Assembly (NCBI GenBank): GCA_002633005.1
Contig: NMRA01000326.1
Location: 214,680-278,679, forward strand
Direction of reading: 5' to 3'
DNA from: Phoronis australis
Lineage: Eukaryota; Animalia; Phoronida
DNA length: 64,000 nt
In this document: positions 39,281 to 52,943 of the stretch, piece after piece
Position numbering within the stretch: position 1 is the stretch's first letter
Layout: every line of letters begins with the position of its first letter
Translations under genes and position numbers: made by a program
The notes under the pieces: model-generated
Database searches by the model: none
Seen by the model: only the letters and a program-made list of their open reading frames with translations
Told to the model about the DNA's origin: nothing

Positions 39281-42200
39281 TGGAATTATGATCTGTACCG
39301 ATAATGGTATGATCTGAACGCCTTAAGCATTTTCCCGATGGATTAGTATATATATTTTATCATTAATACATTTCTAAACAACTAAAAGTTTCTTTTTTAC
39401 TTCAGGCCGTTACACTGTCTCTTGATTATTCTAGTGACTTTGGGTTAGACATACGTGAAGTCTGTTGCTTAGAGATAAGTGAGAGAACAAAGGACGAAAA
39501 TCCCGATTGAAATAACCACGACGCTGTCGTGTGTAAAATAACGTAATCAACCTTTTGTTTCCACTCACGATCAAACGTCTTTTTATTGTCAGAACTTCCG
39601 GCTGGTGGACAGTGCAATGCCCTACATACATGTACACGATGATGTCGGCATTTACATGACCTCAAATTCGATTATGACCTCGTTTTCACTTTCTTCTGGT
39701 TTACCGATGATATCCGGTTCCACGTATGACCTTTGACTGAGGTCTCGCTCATGCACTAAGAGATTGCATCTCTGCATTGTCTATGCTGACCTATCAAACA
39801 TTGACTCGTCACTTCATTCTCACTTCTCCTCCTTTCTAGGCGACTGTCACGTAAACGACTTTACTACAACGGAAGATTTCTCTGTACCTGACTTTCCTGT
39901 GGTAATTTAATTAACTCCTGGCTTGCTAACAGTGAAGCCATGATTAAGAAAAATGAGTTAAAGAGTACCGGCAAATTGCCTTTTTATGCTGAACACACTA
40001 AAAAATCAACAAAGATCACGAGCATCAGATATCGAAAATATCAAAAGTTTATTGAATTCTTAATAGTTTCGTTTTTTAATTAGAAATTGGATGTTGAACA
40101 AAAGTCTTGTTTTCAAATTTCGTTTTGCTCATTGGAAAAGTCATGTATAACAAAAATCTTATTCTTAAGTTTTCTTTTGCGTATTGAAAATTGAATTAAT
40201 GAAGTGCGCAACATTTTCATACCTCCCATTCAATGCAAATCTCACAATGCGTAATCCATCTAGCAGGTATTTGTTTCAAATGGCATTGAGGGAGGTAAAT
40301 TCAACCGTCGTGTCTTAACAAAAACTTATGGGCCCCGCCAGCTGGCTACGCGTCATTTCACAATTTTATCAAATACACAAAAGAGCAAAGAGGAAATAAC
40401 TCGTGATTGATTAAATCAAATGCTCGGTTTCGATTTTCTTTATGTAAGCTAGTTGTCCAAACCAGGTCGATTAAAACGGTTATTGTAGATACATTTGTTT
40501 ACTCAAAAAATCAAATCAGTTGTTTCAACACTAACACTGAGTAACAAAAAATGTCTGCTAACAAGTGATCGTCCGCATAACAAGCGCTGGGGTGAGTTTT
40601 GTATACACAAGAATTTCGCCTTAATAAAGGTTGTGTGATGATGTGCTCCGCTTATAATACAAAACAAAATCTCGCGAAGTCTTGCGTGATCTTGAATCTT
40701 TAAGTGTACGGAACGTAGGCCTGCGCTGAGTTCCGTGAACCCAATGATCTCGAGAAGAAAGCTCAGTGTGATCACATTCTTCGACTCTCGTAATACAAGT
40801 CGATACCTCGTGAAGTCTTGTGTGATCTTACGTTTTCGTGACTGAGGCTCTCGCGTCTAGAGAACTCACACACGGTCTGATTGCTCCTGCGATACGGTTT
40901 TAAACCGTGAATGGTTTTATTCACAACTAGCTCCACTGGTTTTGAACAATGAAGCAATTGATTGTGTGTGAAAACAGCAGAAGTTTCATGCCCCATTAAT
41001 ACACTATCCGTTTTCAATGACCGGGGGGAACATTGATATTACTGCAAGCAATTAGCTCTTTGGCGTGAGTTATAATGACATCTTCGCTCTCGTTCTTCAC
41101 TCGCTACAGTACCATTATCATTACTGCCGCTATCACCATCACGGTCATGGTGATTACGATGATGATGACGACGATGGTGACGAAGATGATAGACATTCGT
41201 TGGGAACTAAAAAGTCATGAAGTTGAGGATGACGATGATGACATAGGTGCAATGAAATGTACATACTCTTATCTAAACGAAGGGAAGTGGAAATATTTAG
41301 ATATACAATGGAAACTGAAAAAACAAGCCAATAGGTCTATATGTAAATCTTGAACCAACGTAGAAATATAAATCACAAACATTTAAAGTCCCAGTAGCAC
41401 ACATTTTTAGCCTTTATTAAATGGTTAGAAGAAGTTACACGGATCCAAACAGTACCTGTCCCATAACCAATACACAATTCGTAGTCGAAAAAAGTTTAAA
41501 TAAACGCATCATTCATGATTCTGCCCCGAAGATCACACCGCCATTTTGAACTAACTGTAAAACCGGAAGTACAATTCATTCAGGAACCCAGGATTAAGAA
41601 AGCCGGCTGTGCGACTGGAGCAGTGTCTGTTACTTGCTTGCAAACGGAGATAAAATAGTCGACAGCGGACCTTAACTTTAGTAAAAAACCAAAACAGTGA
41701 CAATTTATATTGAAATTGTTGACAAAATATGGCAAAAATTTTTTGACATAAATCATTTTGCCGGACTCGCACCTGCATCCCTAGTCGGCTGATGTGTGGA
41801 CTCATTGTTACCAGCACTGGCGGAAGAAGAAGAAGCCTGCCGTGTCGGCTATTTTTATCGTTATGTATGGTTCAAATCATTAATGCCGCATACACACAAA
41901 GATAGTTTCAGACTCTTGCATAAAATTACGGACTACGTCACAGTCCTGTGCCAACGATTGAATAACAAGGTGCGTGACTACGGCGACTATTCTGAGTGTG
42001 TTTTATTGGGTGTAATTAACTCTGGTAAACAAACAGTATAAACATAACAACGAATATGTAATATCAAATTAATTGAATAAAATTGCTATACAGTTAGAAT
42101 ATAATGACGATTAAACTTGCGAAAATATCGGAAATGAATTGAGAGGGAAGATACCGCTGGCGATCTCCCGCGACTTTCGTTACGACCGGGACACTGATGG

Positions 42201-43611
42201 ACAAAAATGAACGATAGAATACCATTTGGTGGCGAAATCAATTTAGGAAGAATGCTTGGTGCCAAATGGTATAATAGGAGTATTAATGAGTTTTATTAAA
42301 GTAAAAATAATAATTCCCACTTAGCCAGAAGCTTTCGTATAAGCTGCTACCCGGCGGAGACCGACCACCTGGCCTGCGCGGACTTCTGTTTTCCGCGTCG
42401 CAAGATGAACACATTAATTAGCTGCCCGGGGCTTGAGTGGGTGAAATTCGGGTGACAAAGAGATTAAAAAATACTTGGTAAGGCTCCTAACACTGCAACA
42501 TTTTCCCATCGTCGACATGCAGCTCAATGAAAACAATTCACTACACCCCTCTCTTGTTTCCGGCGTAGAATTTTTATATTTAGATAACAGAGGTGTATAC
42601 TGTAAGTTTTTGTCACATTTTAGAACATGTTTTCCCTGATAATTGGACATCAAAGTCAATTTAGCAAATGATCATATTTTACGGGGAAAGATCACGGCAA
42701 CTGCAAGGGAATTACTTCGCCGATTACTATGTCAGGGCAGCAAAATCAAGTACAGATGCGTGTTATTGCAATTGAGGTGCGGAGTTCACAGTTTTGAGAT
42801 AAAACTCCATAAAACATAGACTCTATTCATGCGGCGGACATTGAAATCCAAAGCGAGGCTCACTGCGATAAACAAAGCGGAAATTTACATTGCGTGAGTT
42901 AAATGGCCGGTCTTTGGAGTCCAACCTGAATATTAAATCTTAAAAAATGTGTCAATAATTAACCACAAAGACGTAGAAAAATAAAGTTAAAGAACAAGTC
43001 AATGCACCAAAGAGTTGTCTGACGAAAGGATATAGTTTTTTCCGGAAAACTAGGTTAGAAACAGAAAAGTAAACATGACCAAATTGCGGCGGTCGTAGTG
43101 TTACGGATTAGGTATCATGCTGAATGCGGGGTTACCTTTCTTCTATTAAATTCTTGATAAAATGCTTTCTACACGAACCAGGTCATCTGGTCGTATTGTT
43201 GACGAGTTGAAGATATATTCGACAGTGGTGGCTCATAGCATTTTGCTGTCATGTGCATTTAGTCTCATCTGGTTTAATTTGTTGATCAAGAGTAGACCTA
43301 TTAGCTTCAAGCACAGCCTAGGTCCTGGTGAGGTAGGCACTACCGGGACTAACAGTTGATTTGTCATGGATCTGAAATAATACTTGATGTTATTAAATAT
43401 ATATTTTGATTACGATAAAAAACTAGGCTCGCAATTGAAAATAAAAATTATATGACCATCAATTCTGCTTTCTTGGTTTTAATAATAACATGTGTTATAT
43501 TTTTCAAATATCATTCTCGACCAACATGAATTTTAAAATTAAAACACCTAATTCTTTCGTCCAAAGCATAACCTCGTTTTAGAGCTCAATTTCAGTTAAC
43601 TGAACAGAACT

Positions 43612-43774
43612 TAGTGGCGGATTTAGAGGGGAGCCAAGGGGCTATGCCCCAGCCCCCCTAAAATTCTCCCAGATTCCATTTGGCAGTTCAGGAGCGCGAA
43701 TTTCTGACGGGTAAAATCCTGGCTAATACTCTGTCTTGCCCCCCCCCCTAACTCAAAGTCCTGGATCCCCCCTG
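43612..43774. mobile_element. MITE (hAT5-like), subfamily B short form
   Basis: TAGTGGCGGATTTAG...CTGGATCCCCCCTG; flanks GAACT/GAACA. Confidence 0.75.
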
Positions 43775-43974
43775 GAACAAGCATAGTTATCATGTTTCTT
43801 CAGAGGCCTCGTTCATATCCGAGGGGAAATGTGCCTCATGTACTGTGCGGCCTTCTGAGAGGGGAACGTTTCCCCGAGTGACGGGTCAGTGAAAACTCTA
43901 CTGACCTCCGGATCACCATCAATAGCACCCCGCCCTTTTGCAAGCTCTCATAGCTCTGTCTCAAGTAGCATTTT

Positions 43975-44170
43975 CAGTGGCTGATCTAGGATACCATATA
44001 GGCCTAGTGAGGGGGGGCGACATCCTCGGAGAAGCGGGCAAAGCGCGATTGTATGCACGCAGGCGGCCCGGAAGTTGCGGGCGCCGAGGATGTATACCTT
44101 CTGCTCAGGAAATCTGTCGTTGGGCTAATTTTCAATCACAAAGGGGATTTTTAGACCTCGTGGCCGGGAA
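43975..44170. mobile_element. partial MITE related to subfamily A
   Basis: CAGTGGCTGATCTAGGATACCATA...GGGCAAAGCGCGAT..TATGCAC..GGCCCGGAAGTTG matches 32268-32400. Confidence 0.65.
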
Positions 44171-45350
44171 TTTCGCGTGATTTTTCAATATTTTTGAGAT
44201 GGGAATAGGGCCGATATTTGGCCCCAAAATTGAGGGATTGAGGGGACTCCTTTTTGTAAAGAAAAATGCATCGCGCTTCAACCCATAGTCATGAAAACAC
44301 AGCCTGGCTGGCCGAAGATTCTCCGGTGCTCGTTGCTATTGCGGCATCCAGTCCGATCGAGATGCGACAAATTAGGATTCGAAAACAGTAATAAATTTTA
44401 CACGGACATATTTTCCTTCGTCGCGGCGTATGGCAAGGACCCAACGCTTCCGAATCCCAATGTCCTTAGGGATTGTAAAACAGAGTGTCCGTATTTTTTC
44501 TAGCTGTTCGAGCAACGCGGAGTACAACTACGCGGATAAGCCACCAGAGCTATCGTAGCGAGCCTCGTTTTGGAACGCGCCTCCTGTCGACGTGAATAGG
44601 GTCTATAGCCGTGATTTGATGTTTTTTTTCCTATTTTACATTTTAAAGGCCAGTAAAGCAGGTGCCGATTTTCTCAGCCGAGTACGCAGAAATGCAATCA
44701 TTCATCTGGGTAATCACACGGCAATTGCTTACTCCAGGCTAGTTTTTCCCCTAATTTATTACCTAAACAAGTACTGTTGGTGAAATTGGACGATGAGTTA
44801 GGGCTCACCTCTGTACTGAGCCGAGTGTTGACTGCCGGGAGATGCGACGTACTTCACTAACTGTCATATGCAAAGAACAGGCAAAATTTGTACAATAAAT
44901 AATTAAGTATGTATAAAAAGAACCAAAATGAGAATCAAAAATAACCAAGTAAAACAACAGCGCATTTACGCACACGTTAACATCAATACGTTTTCATGGG
45001 CAGCATGACCGTCATTCAGGAATCCTTGCTGAACTGTCACACAGGAATTCAAGTCACGAAAATAGACGGGAATAGTCGATGATTTTCTGATCTCAGCCGA
45101 AGTACCTGTTGGCTACATCACGTGACTGAATGTTAGTGTAACCTACAAGTCATTTGTAAAAGAATGGAATGATAAATGCTAACACATCAAAACTTCCTCA
45201 TGTAAACGATATCTGCCTGTTGAGTACAAAAACTGTCCTCGTAAATTTGACAAGCCAGTACAGTCAAAACCAAAAATCCCAATTAATATCTCATTAAGCC
45301 CCCTTTTTAAGTATTAACATAAAATCTTGATCTGCCCCTTTGATTGTTGC

Positions 45351-46070
45351 TTTGTCCCATACGCGTTGAATCTGTCGAGGGAAATACGGCCATGTAATAA
45401 AGTTTTCCGTATTCATCTCCCGCACTACTTCAACAGCGATCTCTGACATGGAAAGTTCAAAAGGTAGGTCAATGTTGACTCGACGTCGTTAGCCGGTTCG
45501 ATCACCAATTTTCCGAAAATATTTTAAAGTAATACAATTATAGCAGAGTAAATTACGCTCAACATACAATCAGGTCTCAATCGTAACATCTGGTGCAGGA
45601 CTGTTAATTGTACGACAGTTCTGTCTCAGTTTTCATTGGCTAAATATTCTATCGTCTGCACCTCAAGCGCCGATTCCTCGGTAACTACAATATCAAATAT
45701 TGTTGTTATTTAATTAACTATTTTCAAGAGATGTTACAAGTTCAATGAATAGCTACCCTTGTTTTCATTTTTGTTATCTCTTTTCAAGTAATAAATCGTC
45801 ACATTTAAAACTGTTTCTTTTACTAGAGAAAACTTGCAGCCTAATGCGCAAGAACATACATTTAGGATGTGATCCGCCACGTGAACAGTCTGAGTGAAGT
45901 ACTTAAAAAATGTGAGGAAAAAATGAAAGAAACTAGGGTATTCGAAGCGTATGGGATCAATACAAAACGTACCTCGATTGGCATAGATGAAGTAATATCG
46001 AACTCGACATTATTCCGCGAAATAACGTACCGCGGGAACTTCATGTACGCCGCTCTCGGTACATTTTACG
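45351..46070 (-). mobile_element. hairpin-ended element family X, copy b (inverted)
   Basis: Inverted homologue of 38601-39280; ~30-bp-stem hairpin at 45962-46068; subterminal inverted repeats 45351-45371 and 45940-45960. Confidence 0.65.
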
Positions 46071-46390
46071 TATGTATCCTGTTATCTATCATATCATTGA
46101 ACGTTGCGTTTTTACACTTAAAAATAATGATAAAATTTACAAATCATTTATAGCATGATTGGTTTTACCCATGACAACTTTTTGTTAAGAGTACGGATCA
46201 GTATTTGTTAGTAAAAACATAAAATCTAATCTTCTAGAATTTTTTGTTGCAAAATTGATCACTTTTAAGAATAACAATGCAAACACGTTGAAGGTTGACA
46301 TTTTAGAAACATTTATCGTCGTTTCCATCGTTCGATTGAGACATTTCAGGTGATGTTCAAGATTAGTGAAAGAAAGACTTAATTATTTAA

Positions 46391-48592
46391 TGGAGAATGC
46401 CACCCAAAAAACAACCTATTTTGTATCAATTTAGATCGAGTAGTTCTACTCGATAACGGCAGGTTCGGTTGCGTTACCTGACACCTGACGGCAGACGGAG
46501 GTGTTGAAATTATCCAATGACGTCATTGGTTTCACACGCAGTCTGTTCAGCAGTTCACAACACAGGTTACTGGTGTCAGCTTATCGCTTGGATTCATCGT
46601 TTAACACCAATAAATCACCAAACTTCGATCTAAAACCCTTAAAAATACATTGAGTTCTTATAAAACGTGTTGTTTTATTTCGCTGTTACGGATTCATTGG
46701 TATTTGGACACACCGTAATTAACCTGCAAAGTTCGGCAGGCCTATTTACCAAGGTCCGTAGCAGGAGTTTGGCCGGGGGTCTGTTTGGAGATAAATTCGA
46801 AGTATTCTTCCGTGAAATACAGACAAAAGAACCTAGATCTGTGTTGTTTAGACTTGTGATTTTTTGAGTTCTAAACACATAAAACGCTTGTTATCCCGGC
46901 CAGTGGCTCGGAACCCGATCAGGCCCGGTGCGGCCGGACTGACTCGTTATCCTGGCTAGTGGCTCCGAACCCGGTCAGACCCGTCGCGGCCGTCGAGACT
47001 GACATGAACACAACCCAGCAACTTGAATTGGAAACTAAATCTCCAGTCACCAAAAGACTATAATAGTGAGCCAAAGAAATAATGTGCACGTAATTATTTA
47101 CGTGAATTAGCCACGAAACTGAAAATCTACTTGCTTGTCGGGGGCCGTGAAGTCGGGTTCCCCTTCCACAGACAGTCAGGGCAAAGGTTGTACATTAACA
47201 ATGATTTTGTGACGGGACGTTCATAACTTTACGCTTATTGTTATTCTTATTTAGTTGCAAATGTTCAATTATTCTTATGCTAATGTCTTCGTTGCGTCTC
47301 AGTGCGCCTTTGTTACGTGGGCATGTGGGCGCGACTGTATGTGTCGGACACTTCGCTAGCGACGGACTTAGGAGAAGGGTGTTTCCTTCCTTTGCCTTCA
47401 TGAAAATTGATCGTTATCATGTGCAATTGAACTGAAACGTACATGTATGCCTGACGAGAGGAAATACACATTTTTGATGTTCAGTGGAGACTTGCTCTGT
47501 TACATTTGGCGCCCAACGAAAATCGAACAAACCAGAACTTTTCTTTGACGACGTCTGTAAAATTATGACCGTGCTACGGCCTTGCATGGAAAGTTGAACT
47601 GCTTGCTGACTTTACAAGATTTATGTCACGACTCGGGTAAGAATTTTCTGGAAAGGACAATGTCTTAATTTGCTACTATCGTGGTCACAAGATCGTGGTG
47701 GTGTCTGGAATAATGTATGGTGTATTTCTAAATAAAGATACCCCTAACATATGTGGCCATAGCATATAAAATGGAGTAATTGTTTCACAACAGGTTTCTG
47801 TCAGCAAACACTGAATTAGCATGCGCTCACACGGCCTCGGTTCCCGGTCAATTACCCGGTTGCCGCCCGGGCATCAAAAGCCGGTAACGCAGTGGTTTAC
47901 TCATTGCTGGCTTCTCAACATTAGCACTCACGAATACTGTGAAGTGATTACAAATTGAATCTAATTAGACAGATTGGTTAGGACGAGAATAATTCATTTT
48001 GAAACAGAACGCAGAGTACATGGCAACTCGCCCGACGCCAAGCGCGACTTAGTCAAGAGCTCATCCGACGAAGACTTCACGGGTCGGATCGTTAGGTTTC
48101 ACAGACTATCAGTTCGAACCGGAATAGGTACACTGATCAAGAAATACTAGAGAGGCGTCGTGAACATGCACAGACAACGGAACGTATGGATAGTTCTTTG
48201 GTAAGCCAGAATCGTCAGAGAAATCTGTCAACGAAATGCCGGCCACAGACTCGGAGATGTTTCAAGGCCTCATACTTGCTATAAACAGAATACCTTTCAT
48301 TCTTCACTACCGCGAGGCACTTTCTAAGCTTTTCGGGCTCTCGAGGTAGTCGAAAAAACGATATACCCGCTTTCTTCGCAACTTCATAGTTCGGACAAGC
48401 GGGAACGATGCACCGCAATATAGCGGCATTAACTCTGTAACGAACCACTGACGTCGCTGCGTCGTTTCTCACCTTCTTCACTGGTTAACGCGACGCCTCT
48501 CGGCAAGGTGAGGTCGACCGAAAAAGAGGCGATGTGGATATATACCGATTAAGACGGTAAAAAAGACTAATTAAATCGGGTGGCATTCTCCT
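46391..48592 (-). mobile_element. Kolobok family 1, copy 2
   Basis: TTAA|TGGAGAATGCCACCC ... GGGTGGCATTCTCCT|TTAA; collinear with copy 1; THAP ORF 48215-48481 (RCIVPAC..FFRLP..RVCGRHF); YQFEPE on plus strand near 48107-48124. Confidence 0.9.
47208..47706 (+). mobile_element. LTR retrotransposon 5' fragment (LTR + tRNA-Lys PBS) nested in Kolobok copy 2
   Basis: TGTGAC...GTTACA (47208-47504) then TT and TGGCGCCCAACG (47507-47518); segment absent from Kolobok copies 1 and 3. Confidence 0.75.
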
Positions 48593-48844
48593 TTAAATTA
48601 ACTCTGTTGTACGGGGTTCTTTTTATATGTATAACGGTATTTGCCCAAATAATAGGATTTATGTCAGAGTGCCATAAATCTCATTATTGATTTGGCAGCA
48701 AGATCACTGGTTTAAATTCTTAAAGATTTTATCAAAAAGGAAGTTAGGATTTAAAGGAAATTAAACGCATTGTTTCTACACTTTAGGAGACAGTTAATTC
48801 TATTTGGACTTCCTTGACTGTTTTCAGTTGTCGCCTGGTATTGT

Positions 48845-48949
48845 GCGGTGTAACCATGCAGTGGGCTTGTTTGCAGAGCGCGGTGTAACCATGCAGTGGG
48901 CCTGTTGGCAGAGCGCGGTGTAACCATGCTGTGGTCCTTTTGGCAGAGT
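48845..48949. repeat. 35-bp tandem repeat, 3 copies
   Basis: GCGGTGTAACCATGCAGTGGGCTTGTTTGCAGAGC x3. Confidence 0.9.
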
Positions 48950-50089
48950 CTGATCCACTACTGCTGTACTTGAACTACCGGTGTTGTACAGAGGTGTGAG
49001 AACACGAAATCCTGTAGTATACCGGGTCTAATAAGTTAATATTGTGCAAAAAGTAAATACTATAATTATCTGTCGATGACGCAATGCACAACACAGGACA
49101 ATTAATAATTTCTCAGTTTTTAGCGACTTGGTTTCAACACAATAACTGTTACGGTGAAATCAATCGACTACATGAAGAAACGTATCGACAACCAACGCAC
49201 AATGGGACACTATCAATATATATAAATCTCTATTTGTAAAAGCAGAGTGAAAAGAGCTAGCGTAAAAATAAATATTTGTTAATGCATTGGCACTTCGATT
49301 AACTGATGCGACGTGTTAACTGTTCAATCGAATATCGACCAGTTTGCGTATGAAACATCGCAGCTCATTCTACAGCTTATATACTGGCTGTTCATAGCAA
49401 ATAAAATAACAACTAGCGGGAAGAATTTGTGTTAAATTAGAGGCAATCGTTAGAGGAAAGTTCATTCTTTAAAAGGCCGAAACTGGTTTAGCAATAACTG
49501 CATCACGGACGGAAACCAGGAACGTGGAGCAAAGTTTTAACTGCGATCTCCTCCAGGAAAGTACAAGTAAGTGGACGAATAGATTAACTGTATACATGCA
49601 CATATTTGTAGCAATTACATTTAAGACTTGCGGATTAATCTGTAGAAAAGATCAATTTCTTATACTCAGTCTACTTTTGGAGTCCCTGTAATGATTATTT
49701 CTGGGTTTGGAGGGTTTCCCAGAATAAAAAATGTCAGTGAGCGTTAGCCAAAACAAAAATTCATTCACTTTTTACAGTTGGTCTTCAAAAGCCGTATATC
49801 CCGGACCGGTCTTAGTTAAAATAGTTGTAACCGTTCGAATTTAATTTGCAAACATTTCACTAAACTGTGGCTCGTGAAGTCTGTTTTAGATATTGATACC
49901 AAAGTTGTATTATAAAATATCGATGAACACACAGGAATGAACCAAACAAAATAACAATTGGAGATCTAGAATTACTCTGAGAACGATTCCTAATACTAAA
50001 AATAAATAAACAAACAAACAGCAACGTAAACCCCGATAAGGCGTATCAACAGACAGATAATAATGACATCTTGTTAATATCAATTTTAT

Positions 50090-50200
50090 AAATTTTATTT
50101 ATTATTTATTTTATTAATGTGATATTTACAATGAGGGTAGCCCCATCAGTTCACACTGCTTTCCATCGGGGCACAGATATGTTAACGTTGTGTATCTCCA
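50090..50200 (-). mobile_element. LINE/SINE-like 3' tail
   Basis: Minus strand GGAAAGCAGTGTGAACTGATGGGGCTACCCTC...AATAAAATAAATAATAATAAAA. Confidence 0.4.
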
Positions 50201-52219
50201 AAAGTTAAGAGGTATGTAACAACTATTAGTTCATTCAGGACCACTTGCGGGTTCACACTCTCTGCGAAAAGTAGGACAAAACCGCCACCTTGTTGCACAT
50301 CTTGGCATAAGTTGTATAGTCCGCTCGTGGAAAATCAGCATGAGATCTTTCAAACCTCACTCGACTTCCCGCTGTGGAGTGACAATTTGGCACTAACACG
50401 CCACGGCTGGTGAGACAAACTCTACCTTGCTTCATACCTGAATGTATTCCGCTTAGCGAGAATTTCGCGGAAACGCAAGGTAACATAAGACATCGCGAGA
50501 TATCGCCATATATTATACGTAATCAAAGTGGTCATTAGTGGGTTGTAGGAGCTTTAAAAACATTTCGAAAGTACTTTGACCCGAAACTTTGATTTGACGT
50601 GTTTCATTTTATTCGTATGTGTTAATTTCAAATGCGAAAACTTTCTGCGTTTGAAGTTGTTCATTTTCGTAAAAAAAAACAAAATGGTGAAAATTAGAAT
50701 TGCATTGTGTCAGTGTTCAATAAAAGTTTTGTCGCGGGCATTTTTACAGGCACATTGAAAAACTATTAGAGACATTGAACAAAAGACACGAGAAACATAG
50801 TGCAGAATGAAAGTAGAAATGACATTTCTTAAAAAACAACTAAAGCGCCTCTTAGTAATTTAATACCTGCGTAAACGCTTTAGTAGTCATATCAAACAAC
50901 AAACATTTATTATCTTGTGCACATATTGATATAAATTACGTATCGCATGTACTAAATTGATTGCAATTATTCCGGACAACCTAAGAAATGCCATAGTTCT
51001 TTATTCCGGTTGTGTTCGTCCGCTCATTACTTTTACGTCAATGAGAGTTTAATCTTGAAAGTTGTTTTGGGTAATTCAAATCAAAGTATCAAAGTGCTCG
51101 CAAAAAAATAAAGATCCTCTTTTGGTCTCGTTTAGTTAAAAATATATACGAAATGAGTTTTAACGCAAACCACCTTCATTAAAACGTATCCTCAAGTGAT
51201 TGCCTTTCAACATTACACCATTCTTTTGAAAATGATCGTAACTTAAAATACAAAATAAATTACACATCACTGGTTTAATATTTTCAGGACGTAAATTATT
51301 TTTCCTATTAGTTGAAAAAAGCCCGAAAAATACCGTTTTTCATGCAGCCACATTTTAGCTGCTGCTTTTCATGATCATAAACTTTAATTACGTGAGCTAA
51401 GCCCTTTTAACTGTTTTGATAATAACGTAGCCATGGATTTCTTACTCTGGTACCTGCATCTACTCTGGGTCCCAGAAATGAGATTCTCAGTCTGTGACAA
51501 CACGGCTCTTTGCAGCGCCCTCTACTGCTCAACACATGTGACACTTAAATATATATGAACTTCGTTTTTACTAAAATATGCGACATAAAACGGGAAAACT
51601 TTTCAGATAACGAAAAAGAAGTGCTTTATTTATCCTGACACGAAAAAGTAAATTGACAGGTGAAAGTACTCACGAAATGTTGTACTACTCAGGGCCCACG
51701 GAATATAGCTTCATGAGCGATGTTTGTGCGTCTACGAAACTCTAACCGTCATCTCTCAGAAAGTTTAATTTTCTCGCCTTGAGGGGAACTGTGAGCTCAG
51801 CAAACGTTCTTTTGAGTTAACTGAGCTCATTTTAAACCGTCGACTGACTCTACACGTATTCCTTAAATATCATGGTTGACTTGCTTCTGAGCATGCGACC
51901 GTTGTTGATCTGTTCCTTTCACATGGTTTCTACAGTCCACATTTTTTCAATTTCTTCTGCTACGCCCCCATCCTTTAACCCAAACTTAAACATGATAATA
52001 ACATATTACACGTGCTTTAACAATCCTATTTGATGTTTTGTCTTATTACATGTACGTCTTCATCTAGTTTTATGTATGTACTGCTGGGGGCAGATTGTCC
52101 CTCATCTTCATGATCAATATATGTCAAGAATAATATATAAAAGATACGAGCGTCGCCAGCTCGTTACCAGAGATGAAAAGAATACCGAGGTAGGCGATAT
52201 AAGATCATTTATTATGACA

Positions 52220-52943
52220 ATAGAGAATCCTACATTAGTCTCAGGTTTATGACATGGGCAAAACCTCTGGGAATTTCGTCAACATTCCAAGAGGTTTCGC
52301 CCATGTCATGAACCTGAGACGATTGTAGGATTTGTTTTCTCACATGAACAGTAAAAACAATGATCTTTTTGCCGAAAGACTCAACGTGCTAAAGCTTTCA
52401 ACCACATGACGAAATTTTATAAAAACACAATTGCGCAATATGAAGTAAACCCAGTTACTTTTTGTTAGTAGTTTTATTCTAAAATTAACAACTGTAAATT
52501 GCATACAGCTTTCGTAACAAATCTAATAATAAATAGTCTTTGAAGTTGTAAATGTTTATAAATAACTCAGTGAGCACTAAATTGACATTGAGCATAACTA
52601 GGCAGCATCAACGCAATTCTTGAGTTGCGGTTAGTCTCCGTTTGAATTAACGTGGGTATGAAATTCCCCGCCGAAGACATGTCCTTCCGATTGGGAGTAC
52701 GTACAGTTGCGACACTCGATTTGTCTTTCATAACCTTGTCACCTTCACGGAATTATGGAATGTTTGGTTGGCGCGCGTTTAGTTGTTGGTGTTAGTGTTT
52801 TGCAAACCATAAAATGTAAGGCGTATAGATTTCTACTTTGCACTATTTTGTGATTCGCTCATGTAATATCAAACAATTACTTATTCGGTGTTATTGTCCA
52901 GTAATGTCGTAACCCATTCCAGGTCATATGAGAAAATACAATT
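52220..52943 (-). mobile_element. hairpin-ended non-autonomous element family Y, copy a (Crypton-like)
   Basis: ~40-bp-stem hairpin 52226-52332; subterminal inverted repeats TTTTCTCACATGA / TCATATGAGAAAA; inverted homologue of 55157-55884. Confidence 0.7.

Noticed and set aside
39406-39901. Two segments with good splice acceptors (39406 and 39840) suggesting exons of another gene
   Set aside because: Translations show no recognisable domain and no consistent gene model could be built; cannot be supported without RNA data
41075-41353. 92-aa ORF with hydrophobic and acidic stretches
   Set aside because: Product of degenerate (ATC)n/(ATG)n trinucleotide repeats
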